The notes below the pieces were generated by a model. The model was not told where the DNA came from. It ran no database searches and saw only the letters and a program-made list of their open reading frames with translations. This document shows, piece by piece, positions 9,847-19,868 of a stretch of 64,000 bases of DNA. This stretch comes from Bacteroidales bacterium. Lineage in GTDB: Bacteria; Bacteroidota; Bacteroidia; Bacteroidales; VadinHA17. Each line of letters begins with the position of its first letter. The stretch's first letter is position 1. The stretch covers positions 58,134 through 122,133 of the forward strand of contig JAVEZS010000003.1 in NCBI GenBank assembly GCA_034002885.1, read 5' to 3'. A program made the translations under genes and the position numbers.

Positions 9847-11082
9847 TCAGTTCCTTTTTCTGCCAGCCTCAACAATAGCACGGTGAGCCATAAGCCTTAT
9901 CGCGTTTATCCTGATAAAGCCTTTGCTGTCGACCTGGTTAAAGCCCCCTTCGATATCCATGCTCGAGAGTTCCTTGTTATAAAGCGACGAGGGAGACTCA
10001 CGGCCTTCCACAAGGACATTGCCCTTGTAAAGGCAGAGATGTACGCTTCCGTCTATGAGTTCCTGACTCTTTTCTATGGCTGCCATGAGAAACTCCATTT
10101 CCGGACTGAACCAGAACCCGTAGTAGATGAGTTCTGCAAATTTAGGGGTCAGCATGTTACGTAGTCTCATTACCTCCCTGTCCATTGCAATGCCTTCAAG
10201 GTCCATGTGTGCAATATGAAGTACTGTGGCTGCAGGCGTTTCATACACGCCTCTCGACTTGATTCCCACAAACCTGTTCTCAACCATGTCAAGAAGTCCT
10301 ATTCCGTTCTTCCCGGCAAGATCGTTCAGGTAAGTGTACATCTCGTACGAATCTTCCTTTACTGTTCCGTCTTCCTTGTTTACCAGCTTCACCGGCAACC
10401 CGTTCCTGAAGTGTATTGCTATTCTGGTTTCCCTGTCGGGGGCATCCTGAGGCAGAACCATTTTCTCGAGCATGCTCTTCTGAACCGAGTACATAGGATC
10501 TTCGAGAATACCTGCTTCATGACTGATATGCATCAGGTTGTCATCTTCACTGTATGGTTTGTCGATGCTGGCCTTTACAGGGATGTTCCTTTCAGAGGCA
10601 TATTTCAGAAGGTCAGTTCTTCCCTTGAACCTGTCGAGAAATTCCTGGTCTTTCCATGGTGATATGACCTTTATCCCCGGCCTGAGAGCATAATAGCACA
10701 GCTCGAACCTTACCTGGTCGTTGCCTTTACCAGTTGCTCCATGAGCCACCGCGTTTGCATTCTCGCTCACTGCAGCCTCAATCTGCTTTTTTGCTATCAG
10801 TGGCCTTGCCAGTGCCGTGCCCAGAAGGTACCTTCCCTCATAGACTGCATTTCCCATAATGGCCTTCAGGACATAATTATCAATAAATTCCTTTTTCAGG
10901 TCGGCAATAATAACCTTTGAAGCTCCAAGCAGAAGGGCTTTTTTCCTGCACTCCTCAAAATCATCGGCCTGTCCGACATCAGCAACAAATGCTATCACTT
11001 CATAGTCCTTTTCGATCAGCCATTTCAGAATGACTGATGTATCGAGCCCTCCGCTGTAAGCCAGCACAACTTTTTCTTTCAT
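9847..11082 (-). CDS. argG: Argininosuccinate synthase
   Basis: 411 aa. N-terminal ATP pyrophosphatase motif [12 protein letters not shown], plus the [13 protein letters not shown] motif. Confidence 0.9.
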   Translation of the reverse strand: MKEKVVLAYSGGLDTSVILKWLIEKDYEVIAFVADVGQADDFEECRKKALLLGASKVIIADLKKEFIDNYVLKAIMGNAVYEGRYLLGTALARPLIAKKQIEAAVSENANAVAHGATGKGNDQVRFELCYYALRPGIKVISPWKDQEFLDRFKGRTDLLKYASERNIPVKASIDKPYSEDDNLMHISHEAGILEDPMYSVQKSMLEKMVLPQDAPDRETRIAIHFRNGLPVKLVNKEDGTVKEDSYEMYTYLNDLAGKNGIGLLDMVENRFVGIKSRGVYETPAATVLHIAHMDLEGIAMDREVMRLRNMLTPKFAELIYYGFWFSPEMEFLMAAIEKSQELIDGSVHLCLYKGNVLVEGRESPSSLYNKELSSMDIEGGFNQVDSKGFIRINAIRLMAHRAIVEAGRKRN

Positions 11083-11105
11083 TTTCTTAGTTGATTACTT
11101 TTTAT

Positions 11106-11621
11106 TTACCTTTTATGGTTCAATTCTGAATATTTTTTGTTTTTACCTGCTTCCGCCTGACTGTGAAGTCCGGGTATTATCAGTTCCAGACAGTTATGGA
11201 CCTGTTTGATTGTGACCCCGTTGCGGGGGATTATCAGTATTGTGTCGTCGCCCGCGATCGTCCCCGCGATTTCATACCTTCCGGCATTGTCAATATGATA
11301 TGCCGTGGCACTGGCACTTCCGGGGATTGTCCTTATCACCATAAGGCCCTTAGCTTCGATCAGCCCTTTTATACCGGGGAGTATATCGGGTCTTAAGACT
11401 GCCTCCCCGGCAGGCTGGCCTGCTGAAGGGAGGGAGTACATATATCCACCTTTACCATCGGGAATACGGCTTACCCCAAGCTCCCTGAGGTTTCGCGACA
11501 GCGTAGCCTGAGTGCATTCAAAACCTTTACCTTTCAGCTTTTTCAGCAGAGCTTCCTGCGACGATACCGCCTCAGACGATATTATCTTTTCAATTGCAAG
11601 CAGTCTCCTGGTCTTCTGCAT
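11106..11621 (-). CDS. argR: Arginine repressor
   Basis: Track ORF 11106..11702 trimmed to Met28 (MQKTRRLLAIEKIISSEAVSSQEALLKKL...TQATLSRNLRELG). That region is a winged-helix ArgR N-domain, followed by a C-terminal oligomerisation domain with GTIAGDDTILI. The gap to argG is only 23 nt, so argR-argG-argH is probably one operon. Confidence 0.8.
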   Translation of the reverse strand: MQKTRRLLAIEKIISSEAVSSQEALLKKLKGKGFECTQATLSRNLRELGVSRIPDGKGGYMYSLPSAGQPAGEAVLRPDILPGIKGLIEAKGLMVIRTIPGSASATAYHIDNAGRYEIAGTIAGDDTILIIPRNGVTIKQVHNCLELIIPGLHSQAEAGKNKKYSELNHKR

Positions 11622-11661
11622 ATTTATACATTTTGGATGCAAATATATGCATTTATTTGAT
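11617..11661. promoter_or_regulatory. ARG-box-like operator repeats in the argR/carB divergent region
   Basis: Three sites: TGCATATTTATACA (11617-11630), near-palindromic TGCAAATATATGCA (11638-11651) and TGCATTTATTTGAT (11648-11661). The first two are 21 bp apart start to start. The architecture is TGnAT-N4-ATnCA like classical ARG boxes. The middle box overlaps a minus-strand TATATTTG -7 box (11640-11647) placed correctly for argR. Confidence 0.45.
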
Positions 11662-11689
11662 ACGACTGGTCTGGTATTGAAAATTATTA

Positions 11690-11697
11690 TATTTTTG
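11690..11697 (+). promoter_or_regulatory. Bacteroidota -7 promoter box (TATTTTTG) for carB
   Basis: Exact TAnnTTTG match 18 nt upstream of the carB ATG (11715). Confidence 0.4.
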
Positions 11698-11714
11698 CTC
11701 ATTAAAATCCGGTA

Positions 11715-14700
11715 ATGAAAGATGATATAAGGAAGGTGATTATCCTGGGTTCGGGAGCGCTTAAGATAGGAGAAGCTGGTGAATTTGACTATTCCGGCTC
11801 CCAGGCTCTGAAAGCCCTTCGCGAGGAAGGGATAAAAACAGTTCTTATCAATCCCAACATTGCCACCGTACAGACCTCAGAAGGTCTGGCCGACAGGATA
11901 TATTTCCTCCCTGTCACTCCTCTTTTTGTAGAAAAGGTAATTGCGCGTGAAAGGCCCGACGGAATACTTCTTTCGTTCGGAGGTCAGACAGCTCTCAACT
12001 GCGGAACCGAGCTGTTCAGAAAAGGTGTTTTCGAAAAATACAAGGTCAGGGTTCTGGGAACACCCGTGGAAGCTATAATCGACACCGAGGACCGTGAGTT
12101 GTTTGTAAAAAAGCTTGACGAGATAGGAGTAAGAACGCCCAGGAGCATTGCTGCCGGAGCAGTTGATGAGGCAATATCGGCAGCTGCCGCACTGGGCTTC
12201 CCTGTAATAATCAGGGCTGCCTATACGCTCGGTGGCCAGGGGAGCGGTTTCGCATCGGGGGTTGAGGAACTCAGGGCGCTTGCGGCAAAGGCCCTCTCCT
12301 ATTCAAGCCAGATACTTGTTGAGGAATCGCTAAAGGGCTGGAAAGAGGTTGAGTATGAAGTTGTGAGGGACAGGTACGATAATTGCATAACCGTTTGCAA
12401 CATGGAAAACTTTGACCCGCTGGGTATTCATACGGGTGAAAGCATTGTTGTTGCGCCCTCGCAGACTCTCAGCAACAGCGAATACCACAAACTCAGGGAG
12501 TTGTCGATAAAGATCATAAGGCATATAGGCATAGTCGGAGAGTGCAATGTCCAGTATGCCCTGTCGCCCGAGTCGGAAGACTACAGGGTAATAGAAGTGA
12601 ATGCCCGTCTGTCGCGTTCGAGTGCACTTGCCTCAAAGGCCACAGGATATCCTCTGGCATTCATCGCGGCAAAGCTGGGAATAGGTTACGGGCTTCACGA
12701 ATTAAAGAACTCCGTAACAAAAAACACAACAGCCTGTTTTGAGCCCGCCCTTGACTACGTCGTATGCAAGGTTCCCAGATGGGACCTTAACAAATTCAAG
12801 GGGGTATCGCATCATATCGGGAGCAGCATGAAGAGCGTGGGCGAGGTTATGGCAATAGGAAGGTCGTTCGAGGAGGTAATACAAAAAGCACTCCGGATGA
12901 TAGGCCAGGGGATGCACGGATTCACGGGCAACCTGAAGCTCGATTTCCCCGACATCGAAAAGGAACTGGCTGAGCCTACCGACATGAGGATCTTCGTTAT
13001 AGCAGAAGCCCTTGAAAAGGGTGTTTCGGTCGACAGGATAAACGAACTTACAAAGATCGACCTTTGGTTCCTGTACAAACTGAAAAACATTATCAGTCTC
13101 AAAAACGACTTATGCTCCTTTAATTCGCTCGACGGGTTACCCCCCGAACTTCTCTCCCAGTCGAAGATATACGGCTTCAGCGACTTTCAGATAGCCCGCC
13201 ATGTAATGAAGTCGGGCAACACAACAATAAACAGCGACCTTCTGAAGGTCAGGGAGCACCGGAAAAAGCTGGGGATAGTGCCCTGGGTGAAGCAGATCGA
13301 CACCCTTGCAGCCGAATATCCCGCGGCCACCAATTATCTGTACCTCACTTACGCAGGTTCGGAACATGATGTCTCTTTCGCCGGTGACGGCAAATCGGTC
13401 ATTGTTCTTGGATCCGGAGCTTACAGGATAGGATCGAGCGTTGAATTCGACTGGTGTTCGGTTAACGCTGCCACTACGATAAAGAAGGAGGGGCTTCGTT
13501 CTGTGATGATCAATTACAATCCCGAGACCGTCAGTACCGACTATGATATCTGCGACAGGCTCTATTTCGATGAACTTACCTTCGAGAGGGTTCTCGATGT
13601 AATAGATCTCGAATCGCCGGGAGGAGTGATAGTCTCAGTTGGCGGCCAGATCCCGAACAATCTGGCAATCAGGCTCCACGAGGCGAACGTTCCCGTTCTC
13701 GGAACCTCGCCTCTTTCGATCGACAGGGCCGAGAACAGGCATAAATTCTCGGAAATGTGCGATTCGCTCATGGTCGATCAGCCCCGGTGGAAAGAGCTTA
13801 CATCCATTGATGAAATATTCACTTTTATTGATCAGATAGGATTCCCGGTACTGATACGTCCCTCATATGTCCTCTCGGGAGCTGCAATGAATGTTGTTTC
13901 CAACAGGAGCGAACTCACTCATTATCTTGAACTGGCCGCGAGTGTTTCGAAACAGTATCCTGTTGTCGTATCGAAGTTCATTGAGGATGCCAAGGAGATT
14001 GAAATAGATGCTGTTGCCGGCGAAGGTGAGATACTTGCCTATGCAATAAGCGAACATGTAGAATTTGCAGGCGTTCACTCGGGCGATGCCACCATGGTAT
14101 TTCCTGCCCAGAAGATATATTTCGAAACAGCCAGGCGCATAAAGCGCATATCGAGGCAGATAGCGAAAGAACTCAAAATAACGGGGCCTTTCAACATTCA
14201 GTTCCTTGCAAAGGACAACGACATAAAGGTCATTGAATGCAACCTCCGGGCGAGCCGAAGCATGCCTTTTGTTTCAAAAGTCCTGAAGACAAATCTTATT
14301 GAGCTTGCCACAAGAGTAATGCTCGGACTGCCTTACGACAAACCCCACAAATCGGTGTTTGATCTCGACTATGTGGGTGTAAAGGCACCCCAGTTCAGCT
14401 TTTCGCGTCTTGCGAAAGCCGATCCTGTCCTTGGGGTTGACATGTCGTCGACAGGGGAAGTTGGCTGTATCGGCGAGGGCTTTTATGAAGCGATCCTGAA
14501 AGCCATGTTCTCGGTAGGTTACAGGGTACCCAGAAAAAGTGTGCTCCTCTCAACAGGTCCGGCGCGCTCGAAGGTTGAGCTTCTTAACAGCGCAAGAGCT
14601 CTGCGCGAAAAGGGTCACAGGATCTATGCAACGCGCGGCACACAGCAGTTTCTGATGAATGCCGGCATTGAGGCTCATGTTGCTTACTGGCCTGATGAGG

Positions 14701-14936
14701 GCAACTCTCCCAATACCATTGACCTTATAAAGACAAGGGAGGTCGACCTCGTGGTAAACATACCAAAAGATCTTTCCACGAACGAACTCAACAACGACTA
14801 CTCCATACGCCGTAGTGCAGTGGATTACAATGTACCCCTTCTCACAAACGCAAGGCTGGCAAGTGCTTTCATCCTGGCCTTTTGCAAGCTGAGCGAAGAT
14901 GATCTGGCAATAAAAAGCTGGGACGAGTACAAGTAA
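11715..14936 (+). CDS. carB: Carbamoyl-phosphate synthase large subunit
   Basis: 1073 aa with two ATP-grasp halves, an oligomerisation domain and a C-terminal MGS-like domain. The N-terminus KVIILGSGALKIGEAGEFDYSGSQA is canonical. Confidence 0.95.
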   Translation: MKDDIRKVIILGSGALKIGEAGEFDYSGSQALKALREEGIKTVLINPNIATVQTSEGLADRIYFLPVTPLFVEKVIARERPDGILLSFGGQTALNCGTELFRKGVFEKYKVRVLGTPVEAIIDTEDRELFVKKLDEIGVRTPRSIAAGAVDEAISAAAALGFPVIIRAAYTLGGQGSGFASGVEELRALAAKALSYSSQILVEESLKGWKEVEYEVVRDRYDNCITVCNMENFDPLGIHTGESIVVAPSQTLSNSEYHKLRELSIKIIRHIGIVGECNVQYALSPESEDYRVIEVNARLSRSSALASKATGYPLAFIAAKLGIGYGLHELKNSVTKNTTACFEPALDYVVCKVPRWDLNKFKGVSHHIGSSMKSVGEVMAIGRSFEEVIQKALRMIGQGMHGFTGNLKLDFPDIEKELAEPTDMRIFVIAEALEKGVSVDRINELTKIDLWFLYKLKNIISLKNDLCSFNSLDGLPPELLSQSKIYGFSDFQIARHVMKSGNTTINSDLLKVREHRKKLGIVPWVKQIDTLAAEYPAATNYLYLTYAGSEHDVSFAGDGKSVIVLGSGAYRIGSSVEFDWCSVNAATTIKKEGLRSVMINYNPETVSTDYDICDRLYFDELTFERVLDVIDLESPGGVIVSVGGQIPNNLAIRLHEANVPVLGTSPLSIDRAENRHKFSEMCDSLMVDQPRWKELTSIDEIFTFIDQIGFPVLIRPSYVLSGAAMNVVSNRSELTHYLELAASVSKQYPVVVSKFIEDAKEIEIDAVAGEGEILAYAISEHVEFAGVHSGDATMVFPAQKIYFETARRIKRISRQIAKELKITGPFNIQFLAKDNDIKVIECNLRASRSMPFVSKVLKTNLIELATRVMLGLPYDKPHKSVFDLDYVGVKAPQFSFSRLAKADPVLGVDMSSTGEVGCIGEGFYEAILKAMFSVGYRVPRKSVLLSTGPARSKVELLNSARALREKGHRIYATRGTQQFLMNAGIEAHVAYWPDEGNSPNTIDLIKTREVDLVVNIPKDLSTNELNNDYSIRRSAVDYNVPLLTNARLASAFILAFCKLSEDDLAIKSWDEYK

Positions 14937-14954
14937 GGGTTGTGCCTGTCGCCG

Positions 14955-14977
14955 GCCGGAAGGAAACGGCCTTCGGC
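14955..14977 (+). terminator. Possible hairpin after carB (no U-tract)
   Basis: GCCGGAAGG-AAACGG-CCTTCGGC forms 8 bp with one bulge, 19 nt after the carB stop. No T-run follows. Confidence 0.3.
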
Positions 14978-15029
14978 ATTCCGATGGCTGAAGTAAAAAG
15001 AAGACATATTAATACACAATACTAATGGT

Positions 15030-15479
15030 ATGGTAAAGATCCGCAAAGCTGTTTCAGAAGATGCCGGGGCAATAGTCGACTTTCAGCTCAGGATGGCGTG
15101 GGAGACTGAATCGCTGAAGCTTGATCAGGACAAAGTAGTCAGAGGAGTGGAAGCTGTTTTCTGCGACTCTTCAAAAGGGCAGTACTTCGTTGCCGAGGCT
15201 GAGGGTATCGTAGTGGCTTCCCTTCTTATCACCTACGAATGGAGCGACTGGCGCAATTCGAATGTATGGTGGCTTCAATCGGTATACGTTATCCCGGATT
15301 TCCGCCGCCAGGGAGTTTTCAGGAAGATGTATATGTACATCCGCGATCTTGCAGGAGAGAAGGATGCAGCAGGACTGAGGCTATATGTGGAGACTGGCAA
15401 CGAACGTGCAAGGAAGACCTATGAATCGCTCGGGATGAACTCGGAACACTATGCATTTTATGAATGGATGAGGAAATAG
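15030..15479 (+). CDS. GNAT family N-acetyltransferase
   Basis: 149 aa. Acetyl-CoA binding motif RRQGVFRKM (Q/RxxGxG/A-like) and a typical GNAT length. Confidence 0.7.
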   Translation: MVKIRKAVSEDAGAIVDFQLRMAWETESLKLDQDKVVRGVEAVFCDSSKGQYFVAEAEGIVVASLLITYEWSDWRNSNVWWLQSVYVIPDFRRQGVFRKMYMYIRDLAGEKDAAGLRLYVETGNERARKTYESLGMNSEHYAFYEWMRK

Positions 15480-15482
15480 ATC

Positions 15483-16604
15483 ATGCACTGGCTCCTTCTT
15501 CTTATCCTGGCGCCCTACCTGTACCTTATATCAAGGATTTACAGCAGGCTCCTGACAGTAAGGCAGTTCAGGCCGGGAACTGTTCGCAATGCTTTTGTTT
15601 CCGTTGTGGTTGCCTGCAGAAATGAGGAGTCGGATCTTCCGGTACTGCTTTCCGGGATTGCCCGGCAGACCTATGATCCGGCATCCTTTGAACTTATAAT
15701 AGTTGATGACTGTTCCACCGATTCGACATACGCTATCGCATCTGGTTACAAGTACATTAAGAACCTCAGACTGATAAGGAGCGATGGTTCGGGCAAGAAG
15801 AAGGCTCTCCGTGCAGGGATCGCCGTGGCCTCAGGCGAACTGATCATTACAACGGATGCCGACTGCATACCCGGAAACAACTGGATAAAAACCATTGCTT
15901 CATTCCATTCAGCGAGGAAACCCGATATGATCATCGGGCCTGTTGTTCTTGAGAGCGCCAGGGGTTTCTTCCATAAATTCCAGGAACTTGAGTTTCTCAG
16001 TCTTCAGGGAGTAACTGCCGGAACGGCTGAGGGAGGTGATGCTGTTATGTGCAACGGGGCTAACCTGGCTTTTACTTCAGGAGCTTACAGAAAACACCGT
16101 GAAAAACTTCATGATGAACTTCCCACAGGAGATGATGTGTTCCTGCTTCACGAGATCAAGAAGGAGGACTGGAACAGAATCCTCTGGCTCGAATCGCACG
16201 ACGCTGCTGTAAAAACAACGGCACCCGGAAGCCTTAAAGCCTTCATCCGCCAGAGGGCGCGGTGGATATCAAAGACTGACTATTACTCGGACACATCTTC
16301 AAAGGTACTGGCAATTGTAACATTTGTTACAATCCTGGCCCAGCTTGTCATTTTTGTCTCGTCATTTTTCAAAGCTGCCCTGATGCCGGTATTTATCCTT
16401 TTCTTCACTTTCAAATCGATACCTGATTTTCTTGTCATCGACAACACTGCGGAGAGGTATGGCAAAAAGGATCTTCTGAAATGGTTTATACCATCCCAGT
16501 TTATATATCCCTTTTACATAATTGCTATTGTGCTTTATGCACTTTTTATGAGGTCCGGCCTCAGTTACCCATTTCGGAAAGGAACTTTATCCTCACGAGC
16601 CTGA
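15483..16604 (+). CDS. Glycosyltransferase family 2, membrane-anchored
   Basis: 373 aa. GT-A motifs VSVVVACRNEE, IIVDDCSTD and TTDADC, plus a QRARW-type motif (IRQRARWISK). Has an N-terminal TM helix and C-terminal TM helices. Confidence 0.7.
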   Translation: MHWLLLLILAPYLYLISRIYSRLLTVRQFRPGTVRNAFVSVVVACRNEESDLPVLLSGIARQTYDPASFELIIVDDCSTDSTYAIASGYKYIKNLRLIRSDGSGKKKALRAGIAVASGELIITTDADCIPGNNWIKTIASFHSARKPDMIIGPVVLESARGFFHKFQELEFLSLQGVTAGTAEGGDAVMCNGANLAFTSGAYRKHREKLHDELPTGDDVFLLHEIKKEDWNRILWLESHDAAVKTTAPGSLKAFIRQRARWISKTDYYSDTSSKVLAIVTFVTILAQLVIFVSSFFKAALMPVFILFFTFKSIPDFLVIDNTAERYGKKDLLKWFIPSQFIYPFYIIAIVLYALFMRSGLSYPFRKGTLSSRA

Positions 16605-18741
16605 TCTCTTCTTCCTCAAATTCATTTCCAAGCTCGGCTATTGCTTCCTCGAGCGAGTCGGTCTGGGCCTCTTCCCTGAAATATAAATAGATGTCGTGCT
16701 GGCGTTCCTCGTCGATCACCATGTTTATATAGTAATCGAGGTTGATCCTTGTACCTGCATTGACGATGGCTTCAATCTCATTAATAAGCTCTCCCATCTC
16801 CAGCCCTTTGGCTTCCGCTATGTCTTCGAGAGGCCTTTTAAGATCGATATTCTGGATTATATAGACCTTTATTCCCGACTTATTGACGACAGATTTGACA
16901 ACCATGTCGAGCGGGCGTATGATCTCTTTTTCCTCGACGTACTTCTTTATTATCTCCACGAATTCCTTTCCGTAGCGCTGGGCTTTTCCGGCTCCTACAC
17001 CGGAAATGTTCTGCAGTTCATCCAGGGTAACCGGGTACTGAATTGCCATATCTTCCAGAGAGGGATCCTGAAAAATAACGAAGGGAGGAACATCCTTCTG
17101 TTTTGAGATCTTCTTCCTCAGGTCCTTGAGGATGCTGAACAGTTCCTCGTCGACTGCTGCCGTTCTGGCCCCGAATGCATTTTCCTCGTCCGACGATTCT
17201 GCGTAATCGTGATCCTCGGCAAGCATGAATGAGGATGGTTTCTCAAGGAACTGGAGCCCCAGGGGAGTAACTTTCAGAAGCCCGTAGTTCTCGATGTCCT
17301 TGGCGAGAAATTTTGCAATGAGAGCCTGCCTGATAACCATGTTCCAGTATTTCTCGTCCTTTTCATCGCCTGTCCCGAAGAATTCAAGTTTATGGTGCCT
17401 GTACGACTTGATTGCCGATGTCACCTTACCTGATATTATATTCGCTATATGGTCGGCTTTGAATTTCTCCTTGACTGCAAGAATTGTTTCAAGGACATTA
17501 ACCACTGCCTCGCTTCCCTCGAACTGGGTTTTTGGGTGGAGGCAATTATCGCAGGCTTCGCAGTTCTCAGCGTGATATTCTTCTCCGAAATAATGCAGGA
17601 GGAGTTTTCTCCTGCACACCGATGATTCGGCGTACGAAACAGTTTCAAGAAGGAGTTGTTTGCCTATCTCCTGTTCGGCTATCGGCTTACCCTGCATGAA
17701 TTTCTCCAGTTTCTGGATATCATTATAGCTGTAATAGGCGATGCAGTTCCCTTCTCCTCCGTCACGGCCTGCCCTTCCTGTTTCCTGGTAATAGCCTTCA
17801 AGGCTTTTGGGCATGTCGTAATGAATTACAAATCTGACATCGGGCTTATCAATACCCATACCGAAGGCTATCGTTGCCACTATGATATCAACTTCCTCCA
17901 TAAGGAACTTATCCTGATTTGCAGTACGGGTTGCCGAATCCATTCCTGCGTGGTACGGAAGCGCCTTGATCCCGTTCACTTTTAGCGACTCGGCCAGTTC
18001 CTCTACCTTCTTCCTGCTCAGGCAGTATATGATACCCGATTTGCCGGAATTATTCTTAATGTACTTTATTATCTCCTTCGTTACATCCTGTTTCGACTTT
18101 ACCTCATAGTAAAGGTTGGGTCTGTTGAATGATGATTTGAAGATCCCTGCATCAAGAATTCCCAGGTTTTTCTGTATGTCGTGTTGTACTTTGGGAGTTG
18201 CAGTAGCCGTCAGGGCTATAATGGGCGAGCGTCCGATTGTGTCGATTATTGGTCTTATCCGCCTGTATTCAGGTCTGAAGTCATGACCCCATTCAGATAT
18301 GCAGTGGGCTTCGTCGATGGCGTAGAATGATATGTCAATATTCTTCAGGAAATCAATGTTTTCCTCTTTTGTCAGTGATTCGGGAGCAACGTACAGGAGC
18401 TTTGCCTTTCCTGAAAGTACATCCTTCTTGACCTTTGTGCTTTCAGCTTTTGTAAGGGACGAGTTGAGAAAATGAGCCACGTTGTCCTCTGTGCTGAAGT
18501 TGCGCATTGCATCAACCTGGTTTTTCATAAGGGCAATCAGGGGAGAGATTACTATTGCCGTTCCGGATTTAACCACTGCGGGGAGCTGGTAGCAGAGGGA
18601 CTTGCCCCCTCCTGTCGGCATCAGAACAAAAGTATCCTTGCCTTCCAGAACATTCTTTATTATAGGTTCCTGATTCCCTTTGAAAGTATCGAATCCGAAA
18701 TACTTTTTAAGATAATCGTGAATTGTAGCGTCGGTGGTCAT
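16561..18741 (-). CDS. recQ: ATP-dependent DNA helicase RecQ
   Basis: 726 aa. Helicase motifs MPTGGGKSLCYQLP, DEAHCISEWGHDFRP, the zinc-binding CRR...C..CDNC, and a C-terminal HRDC-like region. Confidence 0.9.
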   Translation of the reverse strand: MTTDATIHDYLKKYFGFDTFKGNQEPIIKNVLEGKDTFVLMPTGGGKSLCYQLPAVVKSGTAIVISPLIALMKNQVDAMRNFSTEDNVAHFLNSSLTKAESTKVKKDVLSGKAKLLYVAPESLTKEENIDFLKNIDISFYAIDEAHCISEWGHDFRPEYRRIRPIIDTIGRSPIIALTATATPKVQHDIQKNLGILDAGIFKSSFNRPNLYYEVKSKQDVTKEIIKYIKNNSGKSGIIYCLSRKKVEELAESLKVNGIKALPYHAGMDSATRTANQDKFLMEEVDIIVATIAFGMGIDKPDVRFVIHYDMPKSLEGYYQETGRAGRDGGEGNCIAYYSYNDIQKLEKFMQGKPIAEQEIGKQLLLETVSYAESSVCRRKLLLHYFGEEYHAENCEACDNCLHPKTQFEGSEAVVNVLETILAVKEKFKADHIANIISGKVTSAIKSYRHHKLEFFGTGDEKDEKYWNMVIRQALIAKFLAKDIENYGLLKVTPLGLQFLEKPSSFMLAEDHDYAESSDEENAFGARTAAVDEELFSILKDLRKKISKQKDVPPFVIFQDPSLEDMAIQYPVTLDELQNISGVGAGKAQRYGKEFVEIIKKYVEEKEIIRPLDMVVKSVVNKSGIKVYIIQNIDLKRPLEDIAEAKGLEMGELINEIEAIVNAGTRINLDYYINMVIDEERQHDIYLYFREEAQTDSLEEAIAELGNEFEEEEIRLVRIKFLSEMGN

Positions 18742-18981
18742 TTTATTCCCTTGCTGTTTATGCCTTACAAAAAATATCTTAGCTGAGTAACATAGATAAA
18801 GTTATATAATTTAAAACACAAAACCCACAAATGTTTTAATATTAACAAACTTTTGCTATTGCAAGGTTCACCGCTTAATTTTCCATTCTCTGAAGGCGTG
18901 TATCAAATAATTGTTGTTTTGCAGGATAAGATTTATAATCTTTACACCCTGAATTTTTTAAACGGGCGATAGCAAAGGAGA

Positions 18982-19827
18982 ATGGCTGAACAGAATAAGA
19001 AAAAGAAGAGTAACGAGGGAGAGATGTCGTTTCTTGAGCATCTCGAGGAACTCCGCTGGCATATAATAAGATCGGTAGTAGCCATAATGGTGCTTATGAT
19101 AGTGGCTTTCGTCTTCAAGAATATCATATTCGACAAGATAATACTGGCGCCCAAGGAGCCCGGATTCCTCACGAACCGTCTTCTCTGCCAGCTGGGGCAG
19201 CTTGTTCACATAGAAGCCCTCTGCATAAACACGAAACCCGTTAACCTGATCAGCATCAAGATGGCCGGTCAGATCACCACTCACATCACAGTGGCTCTTG
19301 TTGCCGGCCTTATACTGGCCTTTCCCTATATCCTGTGGGAATTCTGGCAGTTCTTCAAGCCGGCTCTTCACCCCAACGAGAGGAAGCATGCAAGAGGAGG
19401 GGTTTTTGCAGCATCTTTACTTTTCTTTACAGGAGTTCTGTTCGGGTATTTTGCCCTTGCGCCTCTCTCCATTCATTTTCTTACGACATATCAGGTCAGT
19501 CCCGATGTGGTAAACCAGATAAACATACGGTCATTTATCGGCACCCTTACCTCAATTTGCCTCGCTACCGGACTCATTTTCGAATTGCCCATACTTGCGT
19601 TCTTCCTGACAAAAGTCGGGCTTATTACCCCTCAGTTCATGATTAAGTACAGAAGGCATGCCATTGTGGTCATTGTTATCGTGGCAGCTATAATAACGCC
19701 TCCCGATGTATTCTCCCAGATGCTCGTGTGTATCCCTCTCCTGGGCTTATATGAAGTGGGTATACTTATTTCGAAGCGGGTCATGAAGAAGAAAGCAAAG
19801 GAGCATGAGGAGTTCATGAAGTCATAG
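18982..19827 (+). CDS. tatC: Twin-arginine translocase subunit TatC
   Basis: 281 aa. MSFLEHLEELRWHIIRS is the canonical TatC N-terminus, followed by 6 TM segments. The start could instead be Met15 at 19024. Confidence 0.85.
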   Translation: MAEQNKKKKSNEGEMSFLEHLEELRWHIIRSVVAIMVLMIVAFVFKNIIFDKIILAPKEPGFLTNRLLCQLGQLVHIEALCINTKPVNLISIKMAGQITTHITVALVAGLILAFPYILWEFWQFFKPALHPNERKHARGGVFAASLLFFTGVLFGYFALAPLSIHFLTTYQVSPDVVNQINIRSFIGTLTSICLATGLIFELPILAFFLTKVGLITPQFMIKYRRHAIVVIVIVAAIITPPDVFSQMLVCIPLLGLYEVGILISKRVMKKKAKEHEEFMKS

Positions 19828-19868
19828 GTTTCATTTATCAACAGATATGAAAAAAGCATCCGGAAGCA

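Noticed and set aside
11622-11702. N-terminal extensions of track ORFs (argR here; also rsmA, patB-like, folA, thyA, rplU, HIT, ahcY, the Rieske-like gene and the first TlpA-like gene)
   Set aside because: The extensions lack similarity to the conserved family N-termini. They overlap upstream genes or promoter and operator sequence. An internal Met gives the canonical protein start in each case.
18958-19389. 143-aa minus-strand ORF overlapping the tatC 5' half
   Set aside because: It is antisense to tatC, whose N-terminal motif and TM pattern are clear.
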